From: an uncultured delta proteobacterium
Lineage (GTDB): Bacteria > Desulfobacterota > Desulfomonilia > UBA1062
Direction: 5' to 3'
Assembly (NCBI GenBank): GCA_963752595.1
Contig: CAVVYZ010000001.1
Location: forward strand, 7,747-71,746
Length of the DNA: 64,000 nucleotides
Part shown: positions 42,602 to 52,081 of the stretch, piece after piece
Numbering within the stretch: the stretch's first letter is position 1
Layout: each line of letters starts with the position of its first letter
Notes under the pieces: generated by a model
Databases searched by the model: none
Told to the model about the DNA's origin: nothing
Seen by the model: the letters and a program-made list of their open reading frames with translations, nothing else
Made by a program: the position numbers and the translations under genes

Positions 42602-43225
42602 ATGAAAACCGGATATTTTCTTGTCATGACAATGATCAGCATCACGTTGTTCTTCTTGAATGGATGCGCTGTATCCCAGCCCACGAGGTTCTATACCCTG
42701 AGCGCCATGGAGAAACCGAAGATATCACGACCATGCTCCGATACAAGCCCGATAACGATAGCGATCGCCCCGCTTGCGATTCGGAAATATCTCGACAGGC
42801 CGCAGATCATGACGCGGGTCGATGAAAATGAGCTTCAGCTGTCCGAGCTCGATCAATGGGCAGAGCCCCTCAATGAAAATATCTCGAATGTGATTGCGCA
42901 GAATTTAAGATCCCTCCTGTGTGCTGATATTGAGACATTCCCTGTGACGGTTAACGGGCAGACTGACTTCCGGCTGTCAGCATCCATAATCCGCCTCGAA
43001 GGCAAACCCGGCGGCGATGCATTTCTGGAAGTCAGGTGGTCGGTCTCCGGTGATCAGTCCAAGGCGCCGTTATTCGTAAAGGAATCATTTTACAAAGAGT
43101 CTGTGCGGTCCCAAGATAATAAAGGACTGGTTTCGGCCTACAGCAGCCTGTTCGCATCATTCAGCCGGGAAATCGCCGGCTCTCTCGAACCGTACCTCAC
43201 AGCCGGATCCGGTAATAAGAAATAA
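42602..43225 (+). CDS. PqiC/YmbA-like ABC-transport auxiliary lipoprotein (DUF330)
   Basis: Lipobox FLNGC followed by PTRFYTL is typical of PqiC-like lipoproteins. Alternative starts exist at 42578 and 42587. Confidence 0.75.
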   Translation: MKTGYFLVMTMISITLFFLNGCAVSQPTRFYTLSAMEKPKISRPCSDTSPITIAIAPLAIRKYLDRPQIMTRVDENELQLSELDQWAEPLNENISNVIAQNLRSLLCADIETFPVTVNGQTDFRLSASIIRLEGKPGGDAFLEVRWSVSGDQSKAPLFVKESFYKESVRSQDNKGLVSAYSSLFASFSREIAGSLEPYLTAGSGNKK

Positions 43226-43246
43226 ATATCTTTTAATCAGAAGACT

Positions 43247-43286
43247 CTTGACCGGCTCGGCAAACAGGGCATAGCTGAAGATGAGG
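43247..43286 (+). repeat. 40-bp copy (37/40) of the sequence just upstream of ywbE
   Basis: 43247-43286 (CTTGACCGGCTCGGCAAACAGGGCATAGCTGAAGATGAGG) aligns with 31551-31590 with 3 mismatches, in the same orientation. Confidence 0.9.
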
Positions 43287-43289
43287 TGA

Positions 43290-44150
43290 TCATGAGAAAA
43301 GATCAAGCCACTCCGTTGTATGCTTCCAGAGCGTCTGCCGCATCTTTTCCTTGAAAAAGCCCAGGTGCCCTATCTTGCCGGCACCCAGCTCGGATGCCCT
43401 GATCCTGCGGCGCTCGATCCTCGCTTTGGGATACTGGGACAGAAGATGCTCGATGGCTGCTTCCGGGGCATAAGTGTCGTCATCAAAGCTATAGGCCAGG
43501 ATCGGGAACATAAGCTCGGCGTATAGCCTCGTGTCGATGCCGAACTTTTTCGTGAACAGATGGTCTTTCTGTCGTGCCCACTGTGCCCACTGCGAGATGA
43601 TGCCTGTGGGAACATTGACCGATGAAATGCCGAAGGCCCGCGCAGGGAAATTATCCCGCCCGAAAGACAATACCGGTACGATCACATGCATCAGAAGGAA
43701 GATGACGATACAGAAGGGCCACGGATACATGTGCCGGTTTGCAGTCGATGCAGGGGCGAAGACGACTCCGGACAGTCTTGAAGACAGGGGAGCCAGGCCG
43801 ATGAGCTGGCCGCCTGCGCTGTGGCCCACAAGAAAGATGCGCTGTGCGATCCCTTCTGCGATTACTGTACCCAGAACTGCCTCCAGGTCCTGTGCCCCCC
43901 AATCAATCATTCTCAGGTCGCGGCCGCGGATAACATCGGTCCGCGACTCTCCTATGCCCCGGTTGTCATAGGTGACGGCGGCATATCCCTGCTCTGTCAG
44001 GAAGCGTGCAAATGGTTCATAGAATTCCTTGAGGACTCCCAAGGCAGCGCTGATGACCACAATTCCTTTCGCTGTATCCTGAGGCAGGAAGAGATATCCG
44101 CTCAATGCGACGCCGTCCTTGCAAGTGACGGGTATCTTTCTTTTCTGCAT
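43290..44150 (-). CDS. Alpha/beta-fold hydrolase
   Basis: Intact 286 aa with nucleophile elbow GHSAGG. Confidence 0.8.
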   Translation of the reverse strand: MQKRKIPVTCKDGVALSGYLFLPQDTAKGIVVISAALGVLKEFYEPFARFLTEQGYAAVTYDNRGIGESRTDVIRGRDLRMIDWGAQDLEAVLGTVIAEGIAQRIFLVGHSAGGQLIGLAPLSSRLSGVVFAPASTANRHMYPWPFCIVIFLLMHVIVPVLSFGRDNFPARAFGISSVNVPTGIISQWAQWARQKDHLFTKKFGIDTRLYAELMFPILAYSFDDDTYAPEAAIEHLLSQYPKARIERRRIRASELGAGKIGHLGFFKEKMRQTLWKHTTEWLDLFS

Positions 44151-44261
44151 GTACTCTCCCCCTCAAGAGCTCAACTGCGGCTGCAGTTCCTGAAAAATAT
44201 ACATTCTTTAGATGCTCGTATGTAATAATAAATTACGAACCATAATAATCAAAGGTGCCAT

Positions 44262-46526
44262 TCATGCCAGAGGTTCTTCCGGATCAAAAGAAGGACTTCC
44301 TTTTTTATGCCTCCCTCTCTTCGTCGATTGATTGCATCTTCCCAATGCTTGGTCATAATCGGCTGTCGCGTTCTTCCTGAAAAGATCCTGTATAACGGTT
44401 TCGCGGTTGGAATCGGTTATTCTGCTGTATCCGTTCTCGCATAAAATAAAATCGACTTGTGAAATCGGGATGATGTCTTCCCGGGGATTATATAAGAAAA
44501 TCCTCCTGATCATACTTTTATCCCTGATATCAGTTTCATCCTGGCATAGTGACTTCATCGCTTCCTTATCTTTGAGAAGCCAAACAGATTCACGCATGCT
44601 CACGATCTCATTTTTCAGGTATGTATATCCTTCGATACAGTAACGCTCTTTTCTGTTATTTTCAAAAATTGTGCTCACGGAATCGATTTTCCCCAGGTAA
44701 GGATGCTCCTGATGGCTTTCAGGCAGGTATTTCTCGCCTGAGCATACCAGCAGGATCAAAGGCTGGTTTAGATCATTCTCCTGCCTGGAACGGTATTCCC
44801 GGGCTAAGTTTATGATAGAGCTGTGCCCTGCAGAATGCCTGAAATACTGGTCGTTGATTCCGTTTGCTCCCACTATAACGAGGTGAATGGGCATACTTTC
44901 TATTACGTGACCTGCCACGATGTCGGGGATCAGAGCGATGTTGCAGAAATTCCTCCTCCGCAAATGTAGGCAGTATTGTGTCCCGTCATGGTAAATGAGA
45001 TGATCCCCGTAACTGCTTTGCGTTTTCGGCTGGCCTTCACATACGAAGATGTTGATCTTTTTTGAAATAATATACTCACGACGTGAGCCCCGGATCTCTT
45101 CAAACCTTTTGTCACGATAGGCATGCTCGATCAGTGCCTCCCGGAACCCGCACAATACCGTTGATACCATCTCACTATAACCGTACAGCAGCACGTTGAA
45201 CTCATTCTTTTTGTTATACAGACTCATCAGCTCATTCATAAAAATATTTCGGGAATTAACGCGGATCTTTTTGCGATGTGTATAGTGATCTCTATACAAT
45301 TCCAATATTACATTCAGGATCTCTTCTCTATCCGTTTCTTGTTTATCATCGATCCTTTCTTTAAGGATTCGTACAAGCTTATGCAGGCCAAGGTGGCAGG
45401 ACCGTTTTTTTAACGGGTTTTCGGTAAGGTAATTGAGGAATTCTTTCAGTTTCTTTTGGTAGCCGTCATATATCTGGAAATCATACAACTTTATAGTTCC
45501 ATCTGTATCCCTGTAGAGGGAATAACCAAGGATATTGGCTACCGAGATAAGAATCATTTCCAGCAGCTTGGAAGCACTCGGCGCCATCATGATATCATAA
45601 TTCAATACCATTTCTCTCAGGTCGATTTCCATTTGGTTGGTGACTTCAAAAGGAGACACCTTATGCTCGATATCCAGATAAAAAGTAATCCCCTCCTCTA
45701 TCAGAACATCAGCGATGCTGAAAAGCTCGCTCTTGAGATCATCGAGAACCATTCTGATAATCGATTGTAATTTGACACGCATGAATAACTTGATGTTTTC
45801 ATCAAGTTGAGAAACATCAAACCGGGGTTCCTTGAAGATAATCTGGATCTTGTGAGTGGTGAAATCCACATCGATGCTATGGATTATTCTGCTTTTTATC
45901 CAGTGAATTTTTGACTCGATCGGAATATCATAGGTGAGGCACATGGAATAGGGACCGTCGGGTACGCGTGAAGCACTGATATCAAGGGCATCCGCCAGTC
46001 TCAGATACGCCGACAGGAGCCTGAGCCTCACGCGGTCATTATTCACGGGTAGTTCTTTATCGCAGGTGTTAATGTCCTCTTGCTTCCTATGATAGCGGCA
46101 TAATTTGCCCAGGGCTTCTTTGTGGAATTGATCAACTCCAAGCTCTGCATATTTTTCCACGATGCATTTTTCGGATAATACATGGTGTTTGTTTCTTATC
46201 TCATTAGGTTTTCCTCTTGAGCCGGCAGGGAGATACGTTTCCACTAAGTCCGGAAGCATCCCGACATCATGGAGCCAGGCTGATGCCAGGAGAAAGAATC
46301 GCTCCTTCTCTGAGAGATCAAGATACTTTTTTTTGGGTATTAATTTATGGATAATATCTTCAACTGCCTGGAAATGGTCTACTCCGTGTGGGGTGAAGAA
46401 CGGCAGGTCTCTTTTATTATTATTGCAGAGCCAGGTAACTTTTTCGCGGATGTTAATTAATTTTTGTGAATAGCTTTCTCCAAGCCAACTTTTCCAGTGT
46501 TTTTCATCGGTGTTATCCATGTGCAC
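44262..46526 (-). CDS. HD-domain phosphohydrolase fused to an eIF-2B/MtnA-like (IF-2B family) domain; function unknown
   Basis: Intact 754-aa ORF with AGGAGG 5 nt before the ATG. HD motifs lie at aa 45-185 (HGVDH, WLHDVGM, NKHH, CRYHRK, LRLADALD). IF-2B-like motifs lie at aa 443-702 (NVLLYGYSEMVSTVL, IFVCEGQP, ALIPDIVAG, LVIVGANGI, HSAGHSSIINLAREY, PLILLVCSGEKY, YNPREDIIPISQVDFILCENG). Confidence 0.75.
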   Translation of the reverse strand: MHMDNTDEKHWKSWLGESYSQKLINIREKVTWLCNNNKRDLPFFTPHGVDHFQAVEDIIHKLIPKKKYLDLSEKERFFLLASAWLHDVGMLPDLVETYLPAGSRGKPNEIRNKHHVLSEKCIVEKYAELGVDQFHKEALGKLCRYHRKQEDINTCDKELPVNNDRVRLRLLSAYLRLADALDISASRVPDGPYSMCLTYDIPIESKIHWIKSRIIHSIDVDFTTHKIQIIFKEPRFDVSQLDENIKLFMRVKLQSIIRMVLDDLKSELFSIADVLIEEGITFYLDIEHKVSPFEVTNQMEIDLREMVLNYDIMMAPSASKLLEMILISVANILGYSLYRDTDGTIKLYDFQIYDGYQKKLKEFLNYLTENPLKKRSCHLGLHKLVRILKERIDDKQETDREEILNVILELYRDHYTHRKKIRVNSRNIFMNELMSLYNKKNEFNVLLYGYSEMVSTVLCGFREALIEHAYRDKRFEEIRGSRREYIISKKINIFVCEGQPKTQSSYGDHLIYHDGTQYCLHLRRRNFCNIALIPDIVAGHVIESMPIHLVIVGANGINDQYFRHSAGHSSIINLAREYRSRQENDLNQPLILLVCSGEKYLPESHQEHPYLGKIDSVSTIFENNRKERYCIEGYTYLKNEIVSMRESVWLLKDKEAMKSLCQDETDIRDKSMIRRIFLYNPREDIIPISQVDFILCENGYSRITDSNRETVIQDLFRKNATADYDQALGRCNQSTKRGRHKKGSPSFDPEEPLA

Positions 46527-46834
46527 CTCCTGTCATGGCTATTTCCAAACAAGCGACAAGTGTAACGGTAGCGTACGTTTTATTGGGCTAGAAAAACACA
46601 AGGCTGCTTCTGGCACGTTGCCGGCCGGAATATCGAGGTGAAATTAAAAAATACACGATAAGAGGATAAATTGATAGTTAATTTTTGCCAATAAACCCTA
46701 AAGATGAAAAAGGCACCCAAGGTATATCGATATACTCTGAAACCCGTCCAGTACCAGCGAAGCTGTTGCCTGGAAAAATTGTCTTGCTTCTCCCGGATGG
46801 ATCATTAATCTTAACCAAGAAAGGAATATCCTTT

Positions 46835-48178
46835 ATGACAACCGTAAACGACGTGGCACGGGAGAAGTATGGCCGGATACTCCGCACAGCAGACGAAGTA
46901 GTCCGGATGATCAATTCAGGTGACAAGATTTTCTTCAGCGAGTTTATGCTTTACCCCGAGGCCCTCGATGAGGCCCTTGCAAAGCGCGCCCCTGAGCTCA
47001 AGGATGTCGTAATCGAGGGCGTATGCATAACGCGTGTACCCCATTTCATCAAGGCGGACCCGGCCAGGGAGCACTTCATCTACCAGGACTGGCATATGTC
47101 CGGAGTCGGCCGCAAGCTCTACCAGCAGAACCTGTGCAACTATATCCCGAACACCTACCACCAGGGCCCGAGGGTCATCAGGAAGTACAACGAGTATGAC
47201 TATGTGTTCGTGAATGCCTGCCCCATGGATTCGCGGGGGTATTTCAACTATGGAATCTGCAACTCGCTCACCTCTGCCGTCATCACCAAGGCAAAAAAGG
47301 TCATTGTGGAGGTGAACGAGAACATACCCCACTGCCTCGGCGGCAACCAGGAGTCGGTGCACATCTCACGGGTCGATTATGTGGTCGAAGGGAAAAACAG
47401 TCCGCTGCTTGAAATACCCCCGGCGAAGCCGTCGGAGACCGATATCATGATCGCCGAATTTATCATGAATGAGATAGAGGACAACGCCTGCCTGCAGCTG
47501 GGCATCGGCGGCCTTCCCAATGTTATCGGCGAGATGATCGCGGAGAGTGACCTCAAGGACCTGGGCATTCATACCGAGATGATTGTCGATTCCATGGTGG
47601 ACCTCTACAATGCCGGGAAAATCACAGGCAACTTCAAGATCATCGACCGGTTCAAGATGGTCTATACCTTTGCCATGGGCACGAAAAAGCTCTACGATTT
47701 CCTTGAAGATAACCCGGCCTGCGCATCCTACCCGACCAATTACACGAACGACCCGCGGGCCATTGCCATCAACAGCAAGGTGATCGCCATCAACAATGCC
47801 ATTGAGATCGACCTCTTCAGCCAGGTGTGCTCGGAATCTGCAGGCACAAGCCACATCTCGGGCACAGGCGGGCAACTCGACTTTATCTTCGGGGCATTCA
47901 TGTCAAGAGGCGGAAAAGGAATCATCAGCCTGAGCTCCACCTTCAAGGACAAGGACGGCATCATCAAATCGCGTATCGTACCTACTCTTACACCGGGGGC
48001 CATCGTGACCGTGCCGAGGTCCATCATCCAATACGTCGCAACCGAATACGGCATCGTGCAGCTCAAGGGCAAATCGACCTGGGAAAGGGCCGAGGCCCTC
48101 ATCAGTATTGCGCACCCAGACTTCCGGGAAGAGCTCATCAGGCAGGCCGAGGCCATGAAAATCTGGGGAAAGCGATAA
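46835..48178 (+). CDS. Acetyl-CoA hydrolase/transferase-family CoA-transferase (Cat/AbfT-like)
   Basis: Blocks LQLGIGGLPN and SGTGGQLDFIFGA are present. The ATG at 46835 is preferred over the TTG at 46685. Confidence 0.85.
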   Translation: MTTVNDVAREKYGRILRTADEVVRMINSGDKIFFSEFMLYPEALDEALAKRAPELKDVVIEGVCITRVPHFIKADPAREHFIYQDWHMSGVGRKLYQQNLCNYIPNTYHQGPRVIRKYNEYDYVFVNACPMDSRGYFNYGICNSLTSAVITKAKKVIVEVNENIPHCLGGNQESVHISRVDYVVEGKNSPLLEIPPAKPSETDIMIAEFIMNEIEDNACLQLGIGGLPNVIGEMIAESDLKDLGIHTEMIVDSMVDLYNAGKITGNFKIIDRFKMVYTFAMGTKKLYDFLEDNPACASYPTNYTNDPRAIAINSKVIAINNAIEIDLFSQVCSESAGTSHISGTGGQLDFIFGAFMSRGGKGIISLSSTFKDKDGIIKSRIVPTLTPGAIVTVPRSIIQYVATEYGIVQLKGKSTWERAEALISIAHPDFREELIRQAEAMKIWGKR

Positions 48179-48193
48179 GGAGGACTGGATCCT

Positions 48194-50074
48194 ATGATGA
48201 TAAACTGGCATGAAACCTATAAAAAAAGGCTCATGGATGCGGGTACCGCGCTCTCCCGGATCAGAAGAGGAGCGAGGATATTCATAGGCTCTGCCTGCGG
48301 CGAGCCTCAGCTCCTTGTCAAAACCCTCATCGACGTAGCGCCGAACCTTGCCGACACCGAGATCATTCACTTTCTGGATCTCGGTGTCGCTTCCTATACG
48401 GATGAGAAGTATAGCGAATATTTCCGCCACAATGCACTGTTCATAGGCTCGAGCACACGTTCTGCCATCCGGGAAGGCCGGGCTGATTATACGCCTGTTT
48501 TCCTCTCGGAGGTTCCCCTTCTTATGCAGCGCGGGACCATGCCCATCGATGCGGCACTCATCACGGTATCCCCTCCCGACAACAGCGGGTATGTAAGCCT
48601 GGGTATCTCGGTTGATATTACCAAGGCCGCAGCCGAGGTTGCCCGATACGTGGTGGCAGAAGTTAATCCGAACATGCCGAGGACGCTCGGGGACAGCTTC
48701 CTGCACGTGAGCGAGATCGATGCCTTTGTGGAAAACGATGCCCCTCTTCTGGAGTTCGTACAGAAGGCGCCGGGCAATATTGCAAAAGCGATCGGAGAAC
48801 TTATCGCCGATCTGATCGAGAATGAATCCACCATTCAGACCGGTGTGGGAAGGATACCCAGCTCGGTATTCCCCTACCTCATGAACAAACGGGACCTGGG
48901 TATCCATACCGAAACGTTCACCGAGGGGCTTATCGATCTCATCGAGGCGGGCGTCATCACCTCCAGAAAGAAGTCTCTGCATCCCGGAAAAATCGTCTCA
49001 TCCTTCTGCATGGGTACGAAACGCCTGTACGACTATGTCCACAATAATCCGCTCTTCGAATTCCGGCCATGTGATTATGTCAACGATCCCTCTGTGATCG
49101 CCCGGAATGACAGGATGGTCTCCATCAATTCCGCCCTCACCGTGGATCTTACGGGACAAGTGTGCTCCGATTCTCTAGGTTTTGAATTTTACAGCGGCAT
49201 CGGCGGACAGGTGGATTTTGTCCGGGGTTCTGCCATGTCAAATCGGGGCAAATCCATCATGGTGCTGCCGTCCACCACGGACGACGGGAAGATATCCAGG
49301 ATCGTCCCGTATCTGTATCCCGGCAGCGGTGTGACCGTCACCAGGGGCGACATCCATTATGTGGTCACGGAATACGGGGTTGCCTATGTGCATGGGAAGT
49401 CCATACGTGAACGTGCCATGTTGCTGATCAACATAGCACATCCCGACTTCCGCGAGGAGCTGCTGGAAGCGGCGAAGAAGCAGGCCTACATTTATCAGGA
49501 CCAGACTCTGCCTGTTGTGCTCTATCCGAAGGAATACGAGACAAGCTGGACAGACAAACAAGGGGCCAGGATTTTCTTCCGTCCGGTAAAGGCAACTGAT
49601 GAACGGGCAATCCAGGATAAGATTTATGCCCTCCCGGAGCAGGACATCTACACCCGGTTCTTCCACAGCCTCAAGTCCTTTTCCCATAAGGTAGCCATGC
49701 CCATGGCTGCCATCGACTACAACGACAAGATGTCCATTGCTGCGGTCACCGGTAAAGAGGAGCCTGAGAGCCGGGAGCAGATCGTGGCCATCGGGCAGTA
49801 CATCCGAGACCCCCAGACCAACTTTGCCGAAGTCGCCTTCACCACGGGCAAGGATTGGCAGAACCGGGGCATCGGCACGTTCCTCCTCCAGTATCTGATT
49901 CGCATCGCCAAAGAGAAGGACATCAAAGGATTCACGGCAGATGTCCTGGCAAGGAACACCCCTATGATGAAGGTGTTCTCCAAGACCGGATACCCCATCA
50001 AGACCCACCTGGAATCGGGTGTGTATGAACTCGAGATCACCTTCGATGAAGAGGAGAATAAGGAAGCCCTCTGA
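48194..50074 (+). CDS. CoA-transferase-family domain fused to a C-terminal Pat-type GNAT acetyltransferase domain
   Basis: aa 1 to about 440 are CoA-transferase-like (IQTGVGRIPS, SGIGGQVDFVRGS). aa about 450-626 are GNAT (IFFRPVKATDE...AEVAFTTGKDWQNRGIGTFLLQYLIRIAKEKDIKGFTADVLARNTPMMKVF). Confidence 0.85.
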   Translation: MMINWHETYKKRLMDAGTALSRIRRGARIFIGSACGEPQLLVKTLIDVAPNLADTEIIHFLDLGVASYTDEKYSEYFRHNALFIGSSTRSAIREGRADYTPVFLSEVPLLMQRGTMPIDAALITVSPPDNSGYVSLGISVDITKAAAEVARYVVAEVNPNMPRTLGDSFLHVSEIDAFVENDAPLLEFVQKAPGNIAKAIGELIADLIENESTIQTGVGRIPSSVFPYLMNKRDLGIHTETFTEGLIDLIEAGVITSRKKSLHPGKIVSSFCMGTKRLYDYVHNNPLFEFRPCDYVNDPSVIARNDRMVSINSALTVDLTGQVCSDSLGFEFYSGIGGQVDFVRGSAMSNRGKSIMVLPSTTDDGKISRIVPYLYPGSGVTVTRGDIHYVVTEYGVAYVHGKSIRERAMLLINIAHPDFREELLEAAKKQAYIYQDQTLPVVLYPKEYETSWTDKQGARIFFRPVKATDERAIQDKIYALPEQDIYTRFFHSLKSFSHKVAMPMAAIDYNDKMSIAAVTGKEEPESREQIVAIGQYIRDPQTNFAEVAFTTGKDWQNRGIGTFLLQYLIRIAKEKDIKGFTADVLARNTPMMKVFSKTGYPIKTHLESGVYELEITFDEEENKEAL

Positions 50075-50084
50075 AAAAAGATTC

Positions 50085-51880
50085 TTACACGGCCTGCATG
50101 AGGGCCTTGATCTCGTCCTGGTCGATCTTCTCCTTTTCAAGTAACAGACACGCCCCTCTGACGAGCGTTTCCTTCCTGTTCATGAGAATATCCAGGGCCA
50201 CCTTGTACTGGTTTGATATGATCTGCTGGATCTCGGCGTCAATGGCCTGGGAGGTGAGCTCGCTGTAGTCGCCGGGCTCCTGCCGTTCCATGTCGAGGAA
50301 CCGGGAGCGCCTGTCGTGGGCAAGATAGACCTGCCCGAGGTTGCTGCTCATGCCGTATTCCTTGATCATGCTTTTGGCGATATCTGTGGCGCGGGAGAGA
50401 TCGTTATGCGCACCGGTGGATATGTCTCCGAAGATGATTTCTTCTGCAGCCCTGCCGCCGAGCAGTGAGGCGATCTTGTTCAGGAGCTCGGTCTTCCTCA
50501 TGAGAAACCTGTCGTCGGTAGGCACCTGCATGGTGTAGCCGAGCGCGGCAATACCGCGAGGGATGATCGAGATTTTCTGCACCGGATCGGTGCCCGGGAG
50601 GCTCATGGCCACGATGGCGTGCCCCATTTCGTGGTGGGCGACGATCTCCCGCTCATCTTTGTTGATCAGCCTGTTCTTCTTCTCGAGCCCGCCGATGATC
50701 CGCTCCACCGCTTCCTGAAACTCGGGCATGCCCACAAGCTTCTTGTCGTGCCGGACCGCCAGCAGAGCCGCCTCGTTCACCAGGTTGGCAAGGTCTGCAC
50801 CCACCATCCCCGGGGTCATGGCGGCGAGAGTTTCAATGTCGATGTCCGGTTCGGTCTTGATGTTTCTGAGATGAACCTTGAGGATCTCCGCCCGGCCGAC
50901 CTTGTCCGGCCGGTCCACAAGGACGTGGCGGTCGAACCTTCCCGGCCTGAGCAGTGCCGGATCGAGTATTTCAGGCCGGTTGGTGGCTGCCATAAGGATC
51001 ACTCCCACTTTGGGGTCGAAGCCGTCCATTTCAGAGAGGAGCTGGTTGAGCGTCTGCTCGCGCTCGTCATGGCCTCCCGTCATTCCGCCGATGCCCCGTG
51101 CCTTGCCCAGGGCGTCGACCTCGTCGATGAAGATAATGCAGGGGGCCTTTTCTTTGGCCTGAACGAAGAGGTCCCTGACTCTCGCTGCACCGAGCCCCAC
51201 GAACATCTCCACAAAATCCGAGCCGCTCATGCTGAAGAACGGGACTCCGCTCTCTCCTGCCACTGCCTTGGCCAGGAGTGTCTTGCCCGTGCCGGGCGGG
51301 CCCACGAGCAGGATTCCCTTGGGTATTCTGCCGCCGAGCTCGCCGAACTTCCCAGGGTTTTTCAGAAAGTCGATCACCTCCACGAGCTCCTGCTTTGCCT
51401 CGTCCACGCCCGCCACATCGGTAAACGTATTTTGAGCTCGTTCTCCATGTAGATCTTTGCCTTGTTTTTACCAAGCGACATGAAGCCGGGCTGCTGTCCC
51501 GCCATGCGCTTCATGAGGAGGTACCAGACCCCGACGAATATGAAGACGGGCAGTACCCAGGATATGACATCACGAAGGATGGTAGATTCGATCTTTCCCT
51601 TGAAAACGACATTGTATTGCTCCAGGGTCTTTGAGAGCTCGGGGTCCACCCGCACGGTCTTGAATTCCTCCATCTGGCCCTGCGGGTTTTTCATCTTGCC
51701 CTGGATCTCGTCTTGCGAAACCGCGATCTCGGTCACCTTTCCCTGCTTCAACGAATTCATGAACTGACTGTAGGGGATGGTCTTCACCGCGAGCATGGAA
51801 GCTATGTAACTCTGGACCAGGAGCACCACCCATATCCCGATCAGGACATACCAGATGGAGACCGCATGTTTTTTTTCCAT
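50085..51880 (-). pseudogene. ftsH: ATP-dependent zinc metalloprotease FtsH, single frameshift near 51430
   Basis: The N-terminal TM/periplasmic piece (51374-51880) and the AAA+/protease piece ([25 protein letters not shown]) are colinear. The join YMENELK / [13 protein letters not shown] needs one extra base. Confidence 0.9.
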
Positions 51881-52081
51881 AATTTCTCCAGCATTTCAGC
51901 GGATTATTTTTTAAAAATACTACTTATCTTATAGAGCTAACACCTTGAAATTCAAGGCTACTCAAAAAATCACCTTAATATTTCACTAATACATTCTCTA
52001 TGAAATGTACGTGAAGAGTTGCCATTGCAGGCCTCTCCAGGGACTATAGCATGAATGGGTCATGTTTACACCAAGCCTATC

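Noticed and set aside
46610-46625. A TGGCACGTTGCC sequence resembling a sigma54 -24/-12 promoter upstream of the CoA-transferase genes
   Set aside because: The GG and GC elements are separated by far fewer than the required roughly 10 nt (TGGCAC-G-TTGC), so it does not fit the sigma54 consensus spacing.
47903-50140. Long minus-strand ORFs (359 aa and 300 aa)
   Set aside because: They are antisense to the two CoA-transferase genes, which have clear family motifs. I treated them as shadow ORFs.
50619-51452. A 277-aa plus-strand ORF
   Set aside because: It is antisense to ftsH.
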